Positions 62,782 to 64,000 of a stretch of 64,000 nucleotides of DNA are shown here, one piece after another. How positions within the stretch are numbered: position 1 is the first letter of the stretch; every line of letters begins with the position of its first letter. Made by a program: the position numbers and the translations under genes. Below the pieces are notes generated by a model, which made no database searches, had not been told where the DNA came from, and worked only from the letters and a program-made list of their open reading frames with translations. The stretch is from positions 158,534,001 through 158,598,000 of the forward strand of contig NC_042997.1 of NCBI RefSeq assembly GCF_006345805.1, in the 5' to 3' direction. This stretch comes from Octopus sinensis. Taxonomy: Eukaryota.

Positions 62782-63210
62782 AGGCGGCAAGCAAGTTGAA
62801 CCGTTAACACGTCGGATAAAATGCTTAGCGGCATTTTGTCCTGCAATACGTGCTGGGTTTGAATTCCGCTTAGGCCGACTTTGCATTTTCACTATTTCTA
62901 GGTTTATAAAATAAATACCAGTTCAACACTAGGGCCAATTTAATCGACGTATCTACTCTCGCGAATTTGCTAGCCTTGTGCTAATATTTCGAACCGTTGT
63001 GTATTTGTTAAGATTTAAAGCTACCAACTGGCAGAATCCTTTGAATGTTGGAGAAAAGGTTTAGCAGCATTTCGCCTGTCATTACTTTATGAGTTCAGAT
63101 TCCGCTGAGATCGACATTGCTTCTGATACTACGGATTCGATAAAATACATACCAATCTTTCAATACGGTCGATGTAATCGACTACTCTCCCCCTGACAAA
63201 TTATTGTCTT
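62782..63210 (+). mobile_element. Two tandem OR1-like SINEs
   Basis: AGGCGGCAAGCAAGTTGAACCGTTAAC..ATGCTTAGCGGCATTT..TTTGAATTCCGC; second copy from ~63020. Confidence 0.75.
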
Positions 63211-63309
63211 CTCTTCGTCATATTAATTCCAATATTCAGTTATTGAGCTGTCCCTCAATACAAGCTCTTTAATTGTTGTATATTTACATATACGTGTGTC
63301 TAAGCATAT

Positions 63310-63370
63310 TGATTATATATATATATTTATATGTGTGTGTGTGTTTGTGTGCGTGTATGCATGTATGAGC

Positions 63371-63437
<67 letters not shown>

Positions 63438-63568
63438 GTATATGTATTTGCATTTGTATGTATTTATACATATACGTATGTATATATGCATATACACACA
63501 GACATATATATATATATATATGTGTGTGTATACGTATATATATATATGCACTTGCATACACACATATA

Positions 63569-63649
<81 letters not shown>

Positions 63650-63675
63650 TCGCACACACACATATATATTTATAT
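63310..63675. repeat. Compound (TA)n/(TG)n/(GA)n microsatellite
   Basis: Read directly. Confidence 0.95.
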
Positions 63676-64000
63676 ATGCATGTATGAAAGTATACATGCA
63701 TGAAATTATACATATTTATGTGATGCGCATGTGCGTATTTAGGTATTTGCGCCGTGCGTGCATTTAGGATTTTCTTAGTAAAAATTCGTGTCAACGTATG
63801 AATGAAAATATCTGGAAAAAAGAATATATATATATATATATATATATGTAAAAGAAATATACACGCAATGCGTTTTATGAAGAGAGGTATGCTTATGCAT
63901 ATGCAGTAGGCTTTGTAGGTTATGTTGAAAACATGACTAATCATGAGATTACACAATACAATTTCGTTTTTATGAAAATCATTTCAATACAGCTTTCACT

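Noticed and set aside
63296-63956. Cluster of 77-135 aa ORFs (YIYI/CVCV rich), and similar ORFs elsewhere
   Set aside because: Stop-free dinucleotide microsatellites, not genes.

Overview
AT-rich, microsatellite-dense eukaryotic non-coding DNA, very probably octopus/cephalopod, judged from OK/OR-like tRNA-derived SINEs. I see no supportable host protein-coding exon; nearly all ORFs in the track are microsatellite or chance ORFs. Recognisable content is transposable elements. These include Neptune-type Penelope-like elements (PLE; RT + GIY-YIG), one forming a ~4.16 kb near-perfect head-to-head palindrome (23492-27655). There are also R4/Dong LINE remnants, a decayed Chapaev3-like transposase, Tc1/mariner, hAT-Charlie, a piggyBac-like MITE, a possible Helitron and many SINEs. 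The main unexplained signal is a series of sequence-unrelated fold-back (palindromic) elements whose arms each carry an outward-facing type I hammerhead ribozyme (7337-7546, 13378-13720, 20354-20598, 23492-27655, probably 20958-21330 and 18270-19036). Their catalytic cores show three different Watson-Crick pairs at positions 3 and 8 (C3-G8, U3-A8, G3-C8). All calls were made by eye; no database search or folding program was run.
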